The notes under the pieces are model-generated. The model was not told where the DNA came from. It saw only the letters and a list, made by a program, of their open reading frames with translations, and did not search any database. From NCBI GenBank assembly GCA_050953885.1, contig JBMNNJ010000002.1:190140-247643 (forward strand): 57,504 nt of DNA, given 5' to 3'. How positions within the stretch are numbered: position 1 is the stretch's first letter; each line of letters starts with the position of its first letter. Positions 41,401-50,029 of the stretch are shown in pieces. The DNA comes from Patescibacteria group bacterium (GTDB taxonomy: Bacteria; Patescibacteriota; Microgenomatia; 0-14-0-10-38-17). The position numbers and the translations under genes are program-made.

Positions 41401-43132
41401 CCTCTTTTTGGTAGGAGGGATATTTTTTGCCTTCCTCTTGATAGGGCACCCAGTTTGTGCGGTGGACCTTAGCCGTTAACGGAATCGTGTTCACCTGCCC
41501 CTCCCTTCTTGGCTCAAGAATAAGAGACAGATTTAGAGGCGTGCCTACCTGGACAGTCGTCTCCGCCGTTCTTCGGTAGAAAGTATACTCTCCGGGATAA
41601 ATTAAAAGGTTTTTCCGGGCAAAAGAGGGATTGCCGGAACCGTCATCAAATTCTGCTTCAACGGAAAAAACCTGCGGTTTTCCTATTTTTCCCGGATAAG
41701 AAGTATCCAAATTTATCTCTGCTTCCCCTTTGGCATTAAGAACCACCTCTTCTTCCAAAAGTTTGGTCCCTCCCCAGTAGCCCCAGCGGTATTCGTCCGA
41801 AAGAAAAACGGGAAATTCTGTCTGATATTGATATTCATAAAAATCGCCCGACCAAATGGTGTATTTAACTTTTTGGTTAGCCAAGGGCTGGCCAAAGAAA
41901 TAACGGCCGCTAATCTTGAAAGAGGCTTTATCTTGAGCAATTAATTCTGTTTGGGGCGCATTAATCTCGATGCTATACTCCGGCTTGCGAAAATACTCTA
42001 CTTGGAAAGAGGTCGTGCTCCTTCTATAATCCCCCTCCTTTGAGGGCATCTCCACCAAAAGAGTATAATAGCCCGGAATGGCTTCTTCTGGCAGCTGATA
42101 TTCTCCCCAAATTGTCCCCTGCGGAGAAATTTCATAAGTTTTTTTAAAAAGAATATTATTATCTCCTCTTGCCCCTTTATAAATTTCCATGCGGGCGCTA
42201 CCGGTAGGAATGGTATAGCGCGCATCGTTATCATCTCTTATCACCGCCTTAAAATAAACTTTATCGCCGGGCTTGTAAAGGGGCCTATCGGTAAAAACAA
42301 AATACTTTGTTTCTTGTGATTTAGGTTGAAATGGCTGATAAAGATATTCACTATTAAGATAGCGCAAGTTGAGGGGGATAATGGCCATTTCTTCTCCCTG
42401 TCTTAATATGGCCATATCCGCCTCTGACAAAAGAGGCGCCCGGGCAATTCCTTCTTCATTTAAAGCTGCCGAAGCAAGTTGCCGCGGCTGATTTAAGAGA
42501 TTGTAAATTTGGATTGTCCCCTCGGAAAGACTTCTCTTGGTTTTAAAACTCTGCGCCCAAAAAATATATTCATTATCGCCTTCCTTGGCAATGGCGCCAA
42601 TACCAGAGCGAATCACAAAAACATCTGTTTTTATCCCTCCCAGCTTAATTTCCAAAAACCAAATTCCCTTCTCTTCTAATGGCAAAAGCAACTTTGATTC
42701 CTTCCCTCCTCCCAAAATGGGGTGGCTAATAGTTGTGATCTTTTCAAACTGGTCTACCGGCGGCTTCTTTTCTATTTGAAAACCTTTCTCATTGTGAACC
42801 AAATAATCCAACAGGTTTTGCTCGCTGACACGATAAAGCGTCACTTCCGCCTCGCCCGCAAGATCATAACTTGTAATTCGCACCGCTGGTTCATCGGTTG
42901 AAGAGAGGGCAATCACCCCCTCACCGCTTTCCTCGCCACCACCATAAATATATATTGCCCGGGTGCGTTGGCCAAGAACCCGCTCTTCAACAGAATCGGG
43001 CAATAAAGAAGTAGGGGAGGGCTCCTTCTCGATGATGGTTTGCTGGGGAGAAGAAAGAGAAACCGCCAAAAAAACGCTTAAGAAAAAAACCGCAAAACTA
43101 ATAACCGCCAAAAAATTATCCTCTTTTCCCAT
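38477..43132 (-). CDS. Bacterial alpha-2-macroglobulin family protein with thioester motif
   Basis: ~1550 aa, N-terminal anchor, repeated MG/Ig-like beta segments, thioester site YPYGCAEQVASRLAP, and a downstream alpha/alpha-toroid-like region (GGWSWW...). ATG 43132 is preferred; a TTG at 43144 is possible. Confidence 0.85.
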   Translation of the reverse strand: MGKEDNFLAVISFAVFFLSVFLAVSLSSPQQTIIEKEPSPTSLLPDSVEERVLGQRTRAIYIYGGGEESGEGVIALSSTDEPAVRITSYDLAGEAEVTLYRVSEQNLLDYLVHNEKGFQIEKKPPVDQFEKITTISHPILGGGKESKLLLPLEEKGIWFLEIKLGGIKTDVFVIRSGIGAIAKEGDNEYIFWAQSFKTKRSLSEGTIQIYNLLNQPRQLASAALNEEGIARAPLLSEADMAILRQGEEMAIIPLNLRYLNSEYLYQPFQPKSQETKYFVFTDRPLYKPGDKVYFKAVIRDDNDARYTIPTGSARMEIYKGARGDNNILFKKTYEISPQGTIWGEYQLPEEAIPGYYTLLVEMPSKEGDYRRSTTSFQVEYFRKPEYSIEINAPQTELIAQDKASFKISGRYFFGQPLANQKVKYTIWSGDFYEYQYQTEFPVFLSDEYRWGYWGGTKLLEEEVVLNAKGEAEINLDTSYPGKIGKPQVFSVEAEFDDGSGNPSFARKNLLIYPGEYTFYRRTAETTVQVGTPLNLSLILEPRREGQVNTIPLTAKVHRTNWVPYQEEGKKYPSYQKEEEDLPELKAASNAQGEVNFSLVPSKPGSYNFTVSGSDRRGNLISKDFSFWVVGKDQPIYEGYAGDNQQKLTIKADKLTYSPAEKVRLTIFSEVPDRDIFLSFERGWVHRFQVVKISGKSETIEVPLVESDMPNIFANALSFADDGLDYASVDIKVPAESKRMVVSITPDKETYAPGETLTLNLQTNDFAGNPVAAELAVWAVDKALFELVDKKPAEIFREFWQERSNTTAMAHSLEGFYNMGGPEMGGGGGSTRDIFEDTAYWNPVVQTGNDGRAQISFKLPDNLTTWVISALGATADTKAGQSTSEVVVSKEVVIRPVLPNILREGDQIFLSALVQNFTEKEEVLEVRMKFEAGKVSPKEAQTISLKPQEIKQIYWQVSPDEEKEKAKLTFSAGSSEDKSVSDEVVVEIPVYSFGFWEKSAFAGEGPKTFSVKLSPDRDQEKSAVSLSLSPSLMGMLPTAMEYLINYPYGCAEQVASRLAPAVIAKENPQLFVSQNLEKGPEQVIKESIKKLVLLQHDDGGWSWWKEGSSNPFITAYVVEYLLRAKQAGGRIDEEVFKKAKAYLEGDSYYDFQENISREYSREDWIAKTYALSLIGSEKGKKFLTDLDNLGPDYLALALMSNLRNGNKDPQSNGLAKLLALARYQGEAVFWEEGEEKNFGSKEVSTALALRAITSSGEHRDVATKAARFLARNRKFDYWANTFATAQVVQALVDFGQSNQETSPDYTYRVLLNNQEISRGNISDLKQEIAEIKIPLKEVKNNNLELTIEKEGEGELYSTLIANEFRTERKAEAKNNGLWVKREYISEKGEGYPLVVGETVIVKITVGGLNTEEHYAVIEDQLPAGLIPVNPKFESEQYGERSSYYTSYDVSDQEVSEDGVVLALYRLAPGERSYTYKARVVSAGTFIVPPASASLMYAPEINGRSEVGEVEILSPSELVFSPGDGTRGNFFVRIWQAILNFIQKVLSFIKTRG

Positions 43133-43329
43133 TCTTATTCTCAAGATATCACAATCTTTAAAACCTTACAATAATAAGAGCGTTCTTAACTTTCTTACAT
43201 CTTTCTTCCACCTTAGGCTATTTACACCTCTGGCAAAAATTAGTTTGCTAAGGTTAAAGGGTTAAATTACTAAAACACACGAATTGACATAAAATGGAAA
43301 ATGAATGGACACGACTAGCGGGAAGTTCC

Positions 43330-44322
43330 CTACCGCAAATATTGGTCAATTTTTTCCAAATGTTCTTCGTAAGTTTTACTGCAGTGGATTTGGCGGGCAG
43401 AGTCGTGGAAATAAAAAAGGCAATCGGTTTCTTGGGGGTTAGCAGCGGCAGCCAAAGCCTTAAGGCCGGGGTTGCAAATTGGCGTGGGCGGCAAGCCAGC
43501 GTAAAGATAGGTGTTATAAGGCGAGTCAATTTGCTTGTCCTCAATTTTAATCGGCGCCCACCAGCCATTATCGGTTTTCCCGCGCGCATACTGAACGGTA
43601 GCGTCAATATCAAGCTTCATCCCAATATTCAGCCGATTCCAAATAATACCGGCAATTAAAGCCATATCCTCATCCCCGGCCGCTTCCCGCTGAACCAGGG
43701 AGGCCACCTTTAATCCTGTTGTCCAAAGAATATTCTGTTGGGCAAATTCGGCTAAAATCGGCGCCGCTTTTTCTTCAAAACGGCTGATAAGCCGATTGGC
43801 CACCGTCAGGCCATCCTCCTGACGGTCAATTAAATAAGTGTCGGGAAAATAAACTCCTTCCTGATAATCAAATCTCATTCGGGTATAAACCTCGTTCCAT
43901 TTTTCAAGCTCCTCGTCTCCCCAGCCCAAAACTTTGGCTAAGCGCTCGCCAATTTCTTCCTTGCGCCAGCCCTCGGGAATGGTTACCCAAACCATATCCG
44001 GCGGGGAGACAAGCTTTTCGGCCACCGCTAAAGCGTCCATGTCAGGGCGAAGATAATAACCGCCCGGCTCAATTTTGGCAAAGCCATATTTCTTGAAAAA
44101 AAGCCAGGAAAAAGCCGCCTTGTTTTTAATCAATCCTTGACTTGCTAACTGGGCAAAAACCGCCTCTTTATCCGTTTCCCGGCTAACCACTAATGTCTGG
44201 GTTTGGCTGTCTTGGGGATTGGGGGCGCCAAAAAATTTATCCCAAGAAAACAAGCCTCCCAAAATCAGAAGAAGCAAAAAAACCAAAAGACCCGCTAAAA
44301 GAACCTTAACTCCCCGTTTCAT
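43330..44322 (-). CDS. mltG: Endolytic murein transglycosylase MltG (YceG-like)
   Basis: TIPEGWRKEEI, ASLVQREA, IIWNRL and SPYNTYLYAGLPPTPICNPG. TM anchor VKVLLAGLLVFLLLLILGG. Confidence 0.85.
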   Translation of the reverse strand: MKRGVKVLLAGLLVFLLLLILGGLFSWDKFFGAPNPQDSQTQTLVVSRETDKEAVFAQLASQGLIKNKAAFSWLFFKKYGFAKIEPGGYYLRPDMDALAVAEKLVSPPDMVWVTIPEGWRKEEIGERLAKVLGWGDEELEKWNEVYTRMRFDYQEGVYFPDTYLIDRQEDGLTVANRLISRFEEKAAPILAEFAQQNILWTTGLKVASLVQREAAGDEDMALIAGIIWNRLNIGMKLDIDATVQYARGKTDNGWWAPIKIEDKQIDSPYNTYLYAGLPPTPICNPGLKALAAAANPQETDCLFYFHDSARQIHCSKTYEEHLEKIDQYLR

Positions 44323-44332
44323 AAAACTTATT

Positions 44333-45316
44333 CTACTTAAGTTTTCCTTCCAAAACAAGGGGAGCCCCGGAAGCCATCTGCACGGTTAAATCTTGAAAGG
44401 AAAAAGCCCGGGTTTTTGGGTCAATGGTTAAAACCACCAACAGGCCTTTTTGCGTTTCGGGGGAAAAATACTGGTCAAAGAGGAAATTGCCTAAAGAATA
44501 ATAAATTTTCTTCCCCTGATAAAGTTCGGCAGGCTGGACAACGTGGGGATGAGAGCCGATGATCAAATCTGCCCCTGCCTCTGCCAGCTGATGAGCTTGC
44601 TCTTTAATTAGTTTATTCGGTTCTTCCTGATACTCCTCTCCCCAATGAGCATAGAGAATAATTAAATCAGCTTGAGGACGAGCTTTTAAAATATCCTCTT
44701 TCGCCAAAGCAAAGCCATTAGGGACAAATTGATTATAATTCACAAAGCCAATTTTTAAGTTGTCTTTTTGCCAAATAAAATAGCGTTCCTCATCGTCGCC
44801 GGTATTGCCAAAATAGCCTATCCCGGCTACTTTTAAATAATTTTTAGTTTGCGCCAAGCCTTCGAGGCCAAAATTTAAAATATGATTATTGCCTAAATTA
44901 AGCAGGTAAAAATTATTTTTCGCTAAAGTCTCCACCACCGCCGGCGAAAAGGTGAAGATAAAGTTCTTGGGACTGCCGGGAAGAGTACCCACACTCTGGG
45001 AGGAAAATTCGGTAATTGGCCCTTCCAAATTGGCCACCACCAAATCTGCCTCTTGAAAAAGAGGCGCTAAATTAGTAAAGAAAAAATCATAACCGCCAAA
45101 TTTTCCCGCTTGAAGGCGAATATTGCGATCAAACATCAAGTCACCGCCAAAGATAATTTTAATTGGTTTAGGGACAGGGGAGGGAATAAGGGTTGGCGGC
45201 GGCGAGAAGAGAGGCGGAAAACCTACCTCTTCTTTTGGCTTTGAAAAAATCGCTCCAACAAGAAGGGCGCCAAAAATTACCAAAACCAAAACGCCCCAGA
45301 AAATTCTTTTCTTCAT
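44333..45316 (-). CDS. capA: CapA family (PGA_cap metallophosphatase-like) protein
   Basis: IIFGGDLMFDR, ANLEGPIT, LGNNHILNFG, YAHWGEEY, GSHPHVVQP. Confidence 0.8.
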   Translation of the reverse strand: MKKRIFWGVLVLVIFGALLVGAIFSKPKEEVGFPPLFSPPPTLIPSPVPKPIKIIFGGDLMFDRNIRLQAGKFGGYDFFFTNLAPLFQEADLVVANLEGPITEFSSQSVGTLPGSPKNFIFTFSPAVVETLAKNNFYLLNLGNNHILNFGLEGLAQTKNYLKVAGIGYFGNTGDDEERYFIWQKDNLKIGFVNYNQFVPNGFALAKEDILKARPQADLIILYAHWGEEYQEEPNKLIKEQAHQLAEAGADLIIGSHPHVVQPAELYQGKKIYYSLGNFLFDQYFSPETQKGLLVVLTIDPKTRAFSFQDLTVQMASGAPLVLEGKLK

Positions 45317-45927
45317 TCTTTAATTTTGATTGCTCCTTGACGGATGATTTTTATTTTCTCCCCGCTGACATCAACCACCGTTGAGGGCGGCGAAAAAGGC
45401 AATTCACCGGCATCAAGAAATAAATCTACTAATGCTTGCCTTTCCCGGGGAGTTTCTTTTTCCCAAGAAAAACGAGAATAAGGAGAGGCGCCGCCGGAAA
45501 TATTAGCCGAAGTGGTGGTTATCGGTTTACCTAAGGCGGCGATAATCGCCAATACTAAAGGAGTGTTAGGAATACGAATTCCTAAAGTTTTTTGGTCTGA
45601 TTCCAACCTTGGGTCGGTTTTATGCTTGCTTTGACAAACCAAAGTAAGCGGTCCGGGAAGATATTTTTTAGCCAAAATTTGTGCCGCGGGGGAGAGAAAA
45701 GCATACTCTTCGGCCATGGCCAAATTGTTCACCGCCACCGCTACCGGCTTACCCTCTCTTTCGCCCTTAAAGGCCATCAGCTTATCAATTGCCAAGGGGT
45801 TGGTGGCGTCGGCTCCTAACCCATAACAAGTATCCGTCGGGTAAACAATTAATCCTCCTTTTTTAAGAACCGCCACTACCTTTTCCCCTTGGCCTTTTTT
45901 GGCTTCCTCAACGGAAATTATCTCCAT
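45313..45927 (-). CDS. tsaC: L-threonylcarbamoyladenylate synthase (TsaC/YrdC/Sua5 family)
   Basis: YPTDTCYGLGADATN, KGEREGKPVAVAV, PGPLTLV, LGIRIPN, TTTSANISG. Confidence 0.85.
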   Translation of the reverse strand: MEIISVEEAKKGQGEKVVAVLKKGGLIVYPTDTCYGLGADATNPLAIDKLMAFKGEREGKPVAVAVNNLAMAEEYAFLSPAAQILAKKYLPGPLTLVCQSKHKTDPRLESDQKTLGIRIPNTPLVLAIIAALGKPITTTSANISGGASPYSRFSWEKETPRERQALVDLFLDAGELPFSPPSTVVDVSGEKIKIIRQGAIKIKE

Positions 45928-45929
45928 TG

Positions 45930-46310
45930 TCAGTGCTCCTCCTCCTCGGCCGCCATCGCTTCGGCGCGGGTAGGATGAATCGTCCCGTCAGGATGATTGG
46001 GCGGTGAATAAAGAGTATAAAGCTTAAGGGGATTGCTACCGGTATTAACCACGTTATGCTGAGAGCCGGCGGGGACAATGATCGCAAATCCCTCATCAAC
46101 TTCATGCTCTTCACCGTCGATAACCACCTTTGCCCGCCCCTCTTCGATACGGAAAAACTGGTCAACTTGAGGATGGACCTCCATACCAATCTCTTCGCCC
46201 GGCAAAAGACTCATCACCACCAGCTGGGTGTGCTTGCCGGTATAAAGCACTTGGCGGAAAAAGTTGTTTTGTTCGGTTTTTTCTTCAATATTATCAATAA
46301 AACCCACCAT
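45930..46310 (-). CDS. Cupin-domain protein
   Basis: GMEVHPQVDQFFRIEEGRAKVVIDGEEHEVDEGFAIIVPAGSQHNVVNTG is a cupin_2 two-motif pattern. Confidence 0.7.
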   Translation of the reverse strand: MVGFIDNIEEKTEQNNFFRQVLYTGKHTQLVVMSLLPGEEIGMEVHPQVDQFFRIEEGRAKVVIDGEEHEVDEGFAIIVPAGSQHNVVNTGSNPLKLYTLYSPPNHPDGTIHPTRAEAMAAEEEEH

Positions 46311-46357
46311 AATTTCTCACCTCCTTTTGTTTAGAATACTAAGATAGAGACACGATA
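46311..46357 (-). promoter_or_regulatory. Conserved leader/RBS module, copy c (reverse strand: ctatcttagtattctaaacaaaaggaggtgagaaatt-ATG)
   Basis: Homologous to 11081-11135 and 48843-48892. It abuts the cupin ATG. Confidence 0.6.
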
Positions 46358-46359
46358 AA

Positions 46360-46610
46360 ACAAATTCAGAGCGCAAAAATCAAAATTCAAAACCAAGCTC
46401 AAAGACCAAAACTACAAATTAAAACTCAAAATGCAAATGGCAAATACAATTCTGTAGGGGCGGACCCATGTGTCCGCCCGTCAAAGGGTCCGTCCCTACC
46501 TTATTTAAAACCATTAATCGGGTCGACACATGGGTCGACCCCTACAAATTCCCTTGCGTTTTGCGATTTAACATTTGAGTTTATTTTTTGTGTCAATTCG
46601 CGTCTTCTAA
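46360..46610. repeat. Nested repeat block (caaa-word arms enclosing two gtagggg...cccctac hairpins)
   Basis: gtaggggcggacccatgtgtccgccc... and cgggtcgacacatgggtcgacccctac. The arm cttgcgttttgcgatttaacatttgagtttat is the reverse complement of 187-210 (ataaactcaaatgttaaatcgcaa). Confidence 0.85.
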
Positions 46611-46633
46611 TAATTTAGCAATTTATCTATATT

Positions 46634-47749
46634 CTACTTAACAATCTTTCTCTCTTCAAGCCCTTGAATAATTTTCTTTTTAATTTCCGCTGGCGGCAAA
46701 ATCTTATCCCCTGTCGAAGAAAGGCATTCAATGGTTAACCAATGGGGGGACCGCTTGGCTAATTTTAGATAAGCTTTTTCTACCGCCTCAAGATAAGGCA
46801 AATTTTTTTCGTAGGCGTCGCTTTTACCTGTTTTTTTAAAGCGCTTAAAAGCAAGTTTCTGGCTTACTCTCGCCGGCAGGTGAAGAAAAACCACCACCTC
46901 CTCGCGGGGAATTTTGTTAACCTGATACTCCATTTGCTCTGCCCAGTCCCAAAATTTTTCCTGTTCTTTCTTGCCTTTTAACCGCGCTCCCTGATAGGCA
47001 AGGTTTGAGGGGGCGTAGCGGTTGGCGATCACCAAGCAACCACCCCGCAACCAATCCTCAATTTGGTCTTTTGCCCCAAGACGGTCAAGAGCATAGGGCA
47101 GGGAGGCAAAATAGGGGTTAACCTCCAGCGGTGAGCCAAATTCCCCCTGAAGAAAACGACCGACCATTTGGCCATAAAAAGAAGTTTTATAACAGGGAAA
47201 ATCAATAATTTTGGCCGTTAGACCCTTTTTTTTAAAATAGGCAAAAAGTTTTCTGGCTTGGGTGCTTTTCCCCGACCCATCCACTCCCTCAATAGCAATT
47301 AGCTTCCCCCAAAAACGTTTTTTTCGGCGGCAAAAACTTAAAAAATGGCGCAGTAAAGAGCGGATATTTTGCTCGTTAAAACTTTCCCAAAAAAATTGCT
47401 CTTTTTTTTGCCAATCCTCATCAAAAGCGGGCATTTTTGTTTCCTTTTCTTGCCAAAAAAGGCCTAAAACCGGTTTTTGCAAGCCTAAAGCCTTGGAGAC
47501 TAAAAAACCAGTTTTAAAATCACTCTTGGTTAAGTCGGCAATTACCAAATCCGCCTTTTCCAAAAATTTTTCTTCTTCTTGGTAAAAAAGTTGGGGAAAA
47601 AGAGGGGGAGGTGGGGAAGTCTGCGGCGGCCGGCCGGGAGAGGGGTTTAAAAGCTGGACGCGAAAATCCGCCAAATTGGTAACAATTAGCCGCCGGCGGT
47701 AAAGCGAAGCGGCATCCTTTCTTTCTCCTCCCAAAACAATAGCCCTCAT
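46634..47749 (-). CDS. tmk: dTMP kinase with ~150-aa N-terminal extra domain
   Basis: The C-terminal part shows LIAIEGVDGSGKSTQ, DFPCY, ALDRL, ANRYAPSNLAYQG. The N-terminal domain is unassigned (Rossmann-like; possibly nucleoside 2-deoxyribosyltransferase-like, weak). Confidence 0.8.
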   Translation of the reverse strand: MRAIVLGGERKDAASLYRRRLIVTNLADFRVQLLNPSPGRPPQTSPPPPLFPQLFYQEEEKFLEKADLVIADLTKSDFKTGFLVSKALGLQKPVLGLFWQEKETKMPAFDEDWQKKEQFFWESFNEQNIRSLLRHFLSFCRRKKRFWGKLIAIEGVDGSGKSTQARKLFAYFKKKGLTAKIIDFPCYKTSFYGQMVGRFLQGEFGSPLEVNPYFASLPYALDRLGAKDQIEDWLRGGCLVIANRYAPSNLAYQGARLKGKKEQEKFWDWAEQMEYQVNKIPREEVVVFLHLPARVSQKLAFKRFKKTGKSDAYEKNLPYLEAVEKAYLKLAKRSPHWLTIECLSSTGDKILPPAEIKKKIIQGLEERKIVK

Positions 47750-47755
47750 TAATTT

Positions 47756-48643
47756 CTATTCTATCATCTTTGTGCTCTCTGTTCTTAGCCAAATTTTCTC
47801 CTGCGGTAACTGCCGTATCTTTAGCTTCCAAAAAATTAAAAGCCAAAGGTAAAGCCGGGCTAAAAAAAGAAGCAAAAGCCAAAGCCACTCCTTAAAGGAG
47901 GAGGGGAGAGTTAAAAGAAAAAGGCTTTCTTTTAATTCATTTTTAAAACCGCGCATTGAAGGCAAATCTTTTCTCTTTTGCGCCGCCCCACCCACCGAGC
48001 GCACCTTTTGCTTTTTCCAGTCGGAAAAATTAGTGGGAAATTTAACCCAAACTACCGCTTGGGGCACGTAGACCAATTTTCCTCCCTTTTCCCAAACCTC
48101 TTGGGAGAAAAAAACATCCTCGGTTAATAAAGAAGGCGGAACCGGTGACCAATACTTTTTTCTTATCACCAAAAGATAGCCGGAGCCGTCAAAATAATCT
48201 CCGGCGGCACTTCTTTTAAGCCTTATTTGGTGAGCGGCGCCGGTTAAGCAGAACGCCCAGAAACCAAAAAGAGAATCTCTTTTATTAACCGGCTTTGGTT
48301 GACCGGTGGCCAAACCGACTTTGGGATTTTTAAAGACCGCCAAAATCTTTTCCAATGCCTCCTTTCCCAGCCAAACATCGCCATCGGTTAAAACTAAAAC
48401 TTCTCCGCCGGCTTTTGAAACCGCCAGATTAAGCGCCGCCGGCTTGCCTTTCCCCTCATCTTTTAGGGTTTTAACCTGCGGGTAGTTTTTCGCCACCTTG
48501 AGGGTAGCCTCATCCGGCGCCGCCACCCAAAGCTCGGCCTTGGAAAAATCAATTTGCGGCAAAATCGCTTCAATGGCCCGACCAATAGTTTTTTCCTCCC
48601 GAAAAGCAGTAATAATAACCGAATAGCTAACTACTGGTTTCAT
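47756..48643 (-). CDS. Glycosyltransferase family 2
   Basis: VSYSVIITAFREEKTIGRAIEAIL, VLTDGDVW (DxD), and a C-terminal TM segment. Confidence 0.75.
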   Translation of the reverse strand: MKPVVSYSVIITAFREEKTIGRAIEAILPQIDFSKAELWVAAPDEATLKVAKNYPQVKTLKDEGKGKPAALNLAVSKAGGEVLVLTDGDVWLGKEALEKILAVFKNPKVGLATGQPKPVNKRDSLFGFWAFCLTGAAHQIRLKRSAAGDYFDGSGYLLVIRKKYWSPVPPSLLTEDVFFSQEVWEKGGKLVYVPQAVVWVKFPTNFSDWKKQKVRSVGGAAQKRKDLPSMRGFKNELKESLFLLTLPSSFKEWLWLLLLFLARLYLWLLIFWKLKIRQLPQEKIWLRTESTKMIE

Positions 48644-48842
48644 TTAAAACTCATTTTATCATTTTCCCAAAGGCCAGCGGCCAAAATTGCTTTTGGCAAA
48701 AAAATGGGGTAAGCTGGAAATAAGCTGCTAGCGAAGCACACGGGATTAAACAGGATGTTTACAGGATAAAACAGGATAGAAACCATCCTGTCTCGTATTT
48801 CTTTGTATCGTGTATCATGCCTTGTGTTCTTAGTATCTTAGT

Positions 48843-48892
48843 CTCTTTGTATCTTAATATCTTAGTATCCTAAACAAAGGGGGGTGAGAAAA
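48843..48892 (+). promoter_or_regulatory. Conserved leader/RBS module, copy b
   Basis: ctctttgtatcttaatatcttagtatcctaaacaaaggggggtgagaaaa-ATG. Confidence 0.6.
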
Positions 48893-49156
48893 ATGAGTAT
48901 TCGGGTGCAAAAAAGAGACGGCCGGCTGGAAGAATTTGACGCCAATAAAATCCGCCAAAGTCTTATTGCCGCCGGCGCCACCGATCAGGAAGCAGAAAGC
49001 ATTGCCCAAGAAGTAGAAAATTGGGCGGCAGCTAACGCCGCTAAAGGCTTTGTTCGCACCGCCGCTATCAGGGAAAAGGTTTTGTCTTCCCTCCGGTTGG
49101 TCAACCCCCAAGCCGCCGCCGCCTTTGAAAGCTACCAAAAGCCGGCTGTTTCTTAA
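48893..49156 (+). CDS. Stand-alone ATP-cone domain protein
   Basis: IRVQKRDGRLEEFDANKIRQSLIAAGATDQEAESIAQEVE is the ATP-cone signature. ATG 48893 follows the SD ggggggtga. Confidence 0.7.
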   Translation: MSIRVQKRDGRLEEFDANKIRQSLIAAGATDQEAESIAQEVENWAAANAAKGFVRTAAIREKVLSSLRLVNPQAAAAFESYQKPAVS

Positions 49157-49162
49157 ACTAAT

Positions 49163-49285
49163 CATGGTAGGGGTGATTTATGAATCACCCGTTGGGGGCT
49201 TATTTCCGCCCACATGGTCGGGCGCCCACAAGGGGCGCTCCTACATTTTGTTCACTCATTCGTATTAATTCGTGTTCCTAACAGT
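49163..49285. repeat. Hairpin repeat cluster (gtaggggtgatttatgaatcaccc..., cgcccacaaggggcgctcctac) + 'attcgt' words
   Basis: The tail cctacattttgttcactcattcgtattaattcgtg parallels 25020-25055. Confidence 0.85.
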
Positions 49286-49343
49286 TTAACGATTATTAAT
49301 TTCTTCTCTTGACAGTCATTAAGTAATATGTTACTTTAATATT

Positions 49344-49586
49344 ATGCTTACCAAAAGAACTAACCTCTTGCTCACCGAAACTGATTACGCTCTCTTGTCG
49401 CGTTTGGCTGAAAAAGAAAACAAATCAATGGGCGAATTAATAAGAAGGGCGATAAGGGCTTTCTATGATTATCAAGCCGCCAATTCCCGCCAACAAATCC
49501 TGGAAGAAATAGAAAACCTCTCCGCCCAAGCCAAAACAAAGGGGATTGATTATAAAAAATTAGTTGAAGATGGCCGAAAATACTAA
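49344..49586 (+). CDS. Ribbon-helix-helix (CopG/VapB-like) antitoxin
   Basis: TNLLLTETDYALLSRLAEKENKSMGELIRRAIRAFY is an RHH pattern. Its end overlaps the PIN gene. Confidence 0.65.
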   Translation: MLTKRTNLLLTETDYALLSRLAEKENKSMGELIRRAIRAFYDYQAANSRQQILEEIENLSAQAKTKGIDYKKLVEDGRKY

Positions 49587-50007
49587 AAAAGTTGTTGTTG
49601 ACGCCAGCATTATCTTGGCAAAACTGCTTCCGGACGAGGCCGCAAGGCCAAAGATTAAAAAGTTATTTTCTTCTTTTGAAAAAGGCGCGGTTGACTTTCT
49701 TGCCCCAAGCCTACTGCGATATGAAGTGGCCAATGCCCTAAGATCGGCCATTAAGCAAAAAAGACTCGCCAAAAACACGGGGGTAAAGCTTTTAGAAGCT
49801 TTTTTAAGATTGCCAATAATTTACGAGGAGATTAATTATGAAGAAACTCTGGCCATTAGCCTGGGTGAAAACCTTTCTTTTTATGATGCCGCCTATGTCT
49901 TTCTCTCGTCTCGAAAAAACATCGCCTTAAAAAGCTTAGACCAAAAACTGATGGAAGCTTCTCGCCGCCCGCACCAACCACCCGGACTAAAAACAAAAAC
50001 AAATTAA
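49570..50007 (+). CDS. vapC: PIN-domain toxin (VapC-like)
   Basis: VVVDASIILAKLLPDE..., E in LRYEVANAL, FYDAAYVFLS: a PIN acidic residue pattern. Confidence 0.75.
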   Translation: MAENTKKVVVDASIILAKLLPDEAARPKIKKLFSSFEKGAVDFLAPSLLRYEVANALRSAIKQKRLAKNTGVKLLEAFLRLPIIYEEINYEETLAISLGENLSFYDAAYVFLSSRKNIALKSLDQKLMEASRRPHQPPGLKTKTN

Positions 50008-50029
50008 GCCAGGCGGGCAAAACCGAGAG

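Noticed and set aside
49344-50007. VapBC pair as a notable finding.
   Set aside because: It is an ordinary type II RHH/PIN toxin-antitoxin module. It is reported as a feature only, and is notable merely for being flanked by repeat blocks.
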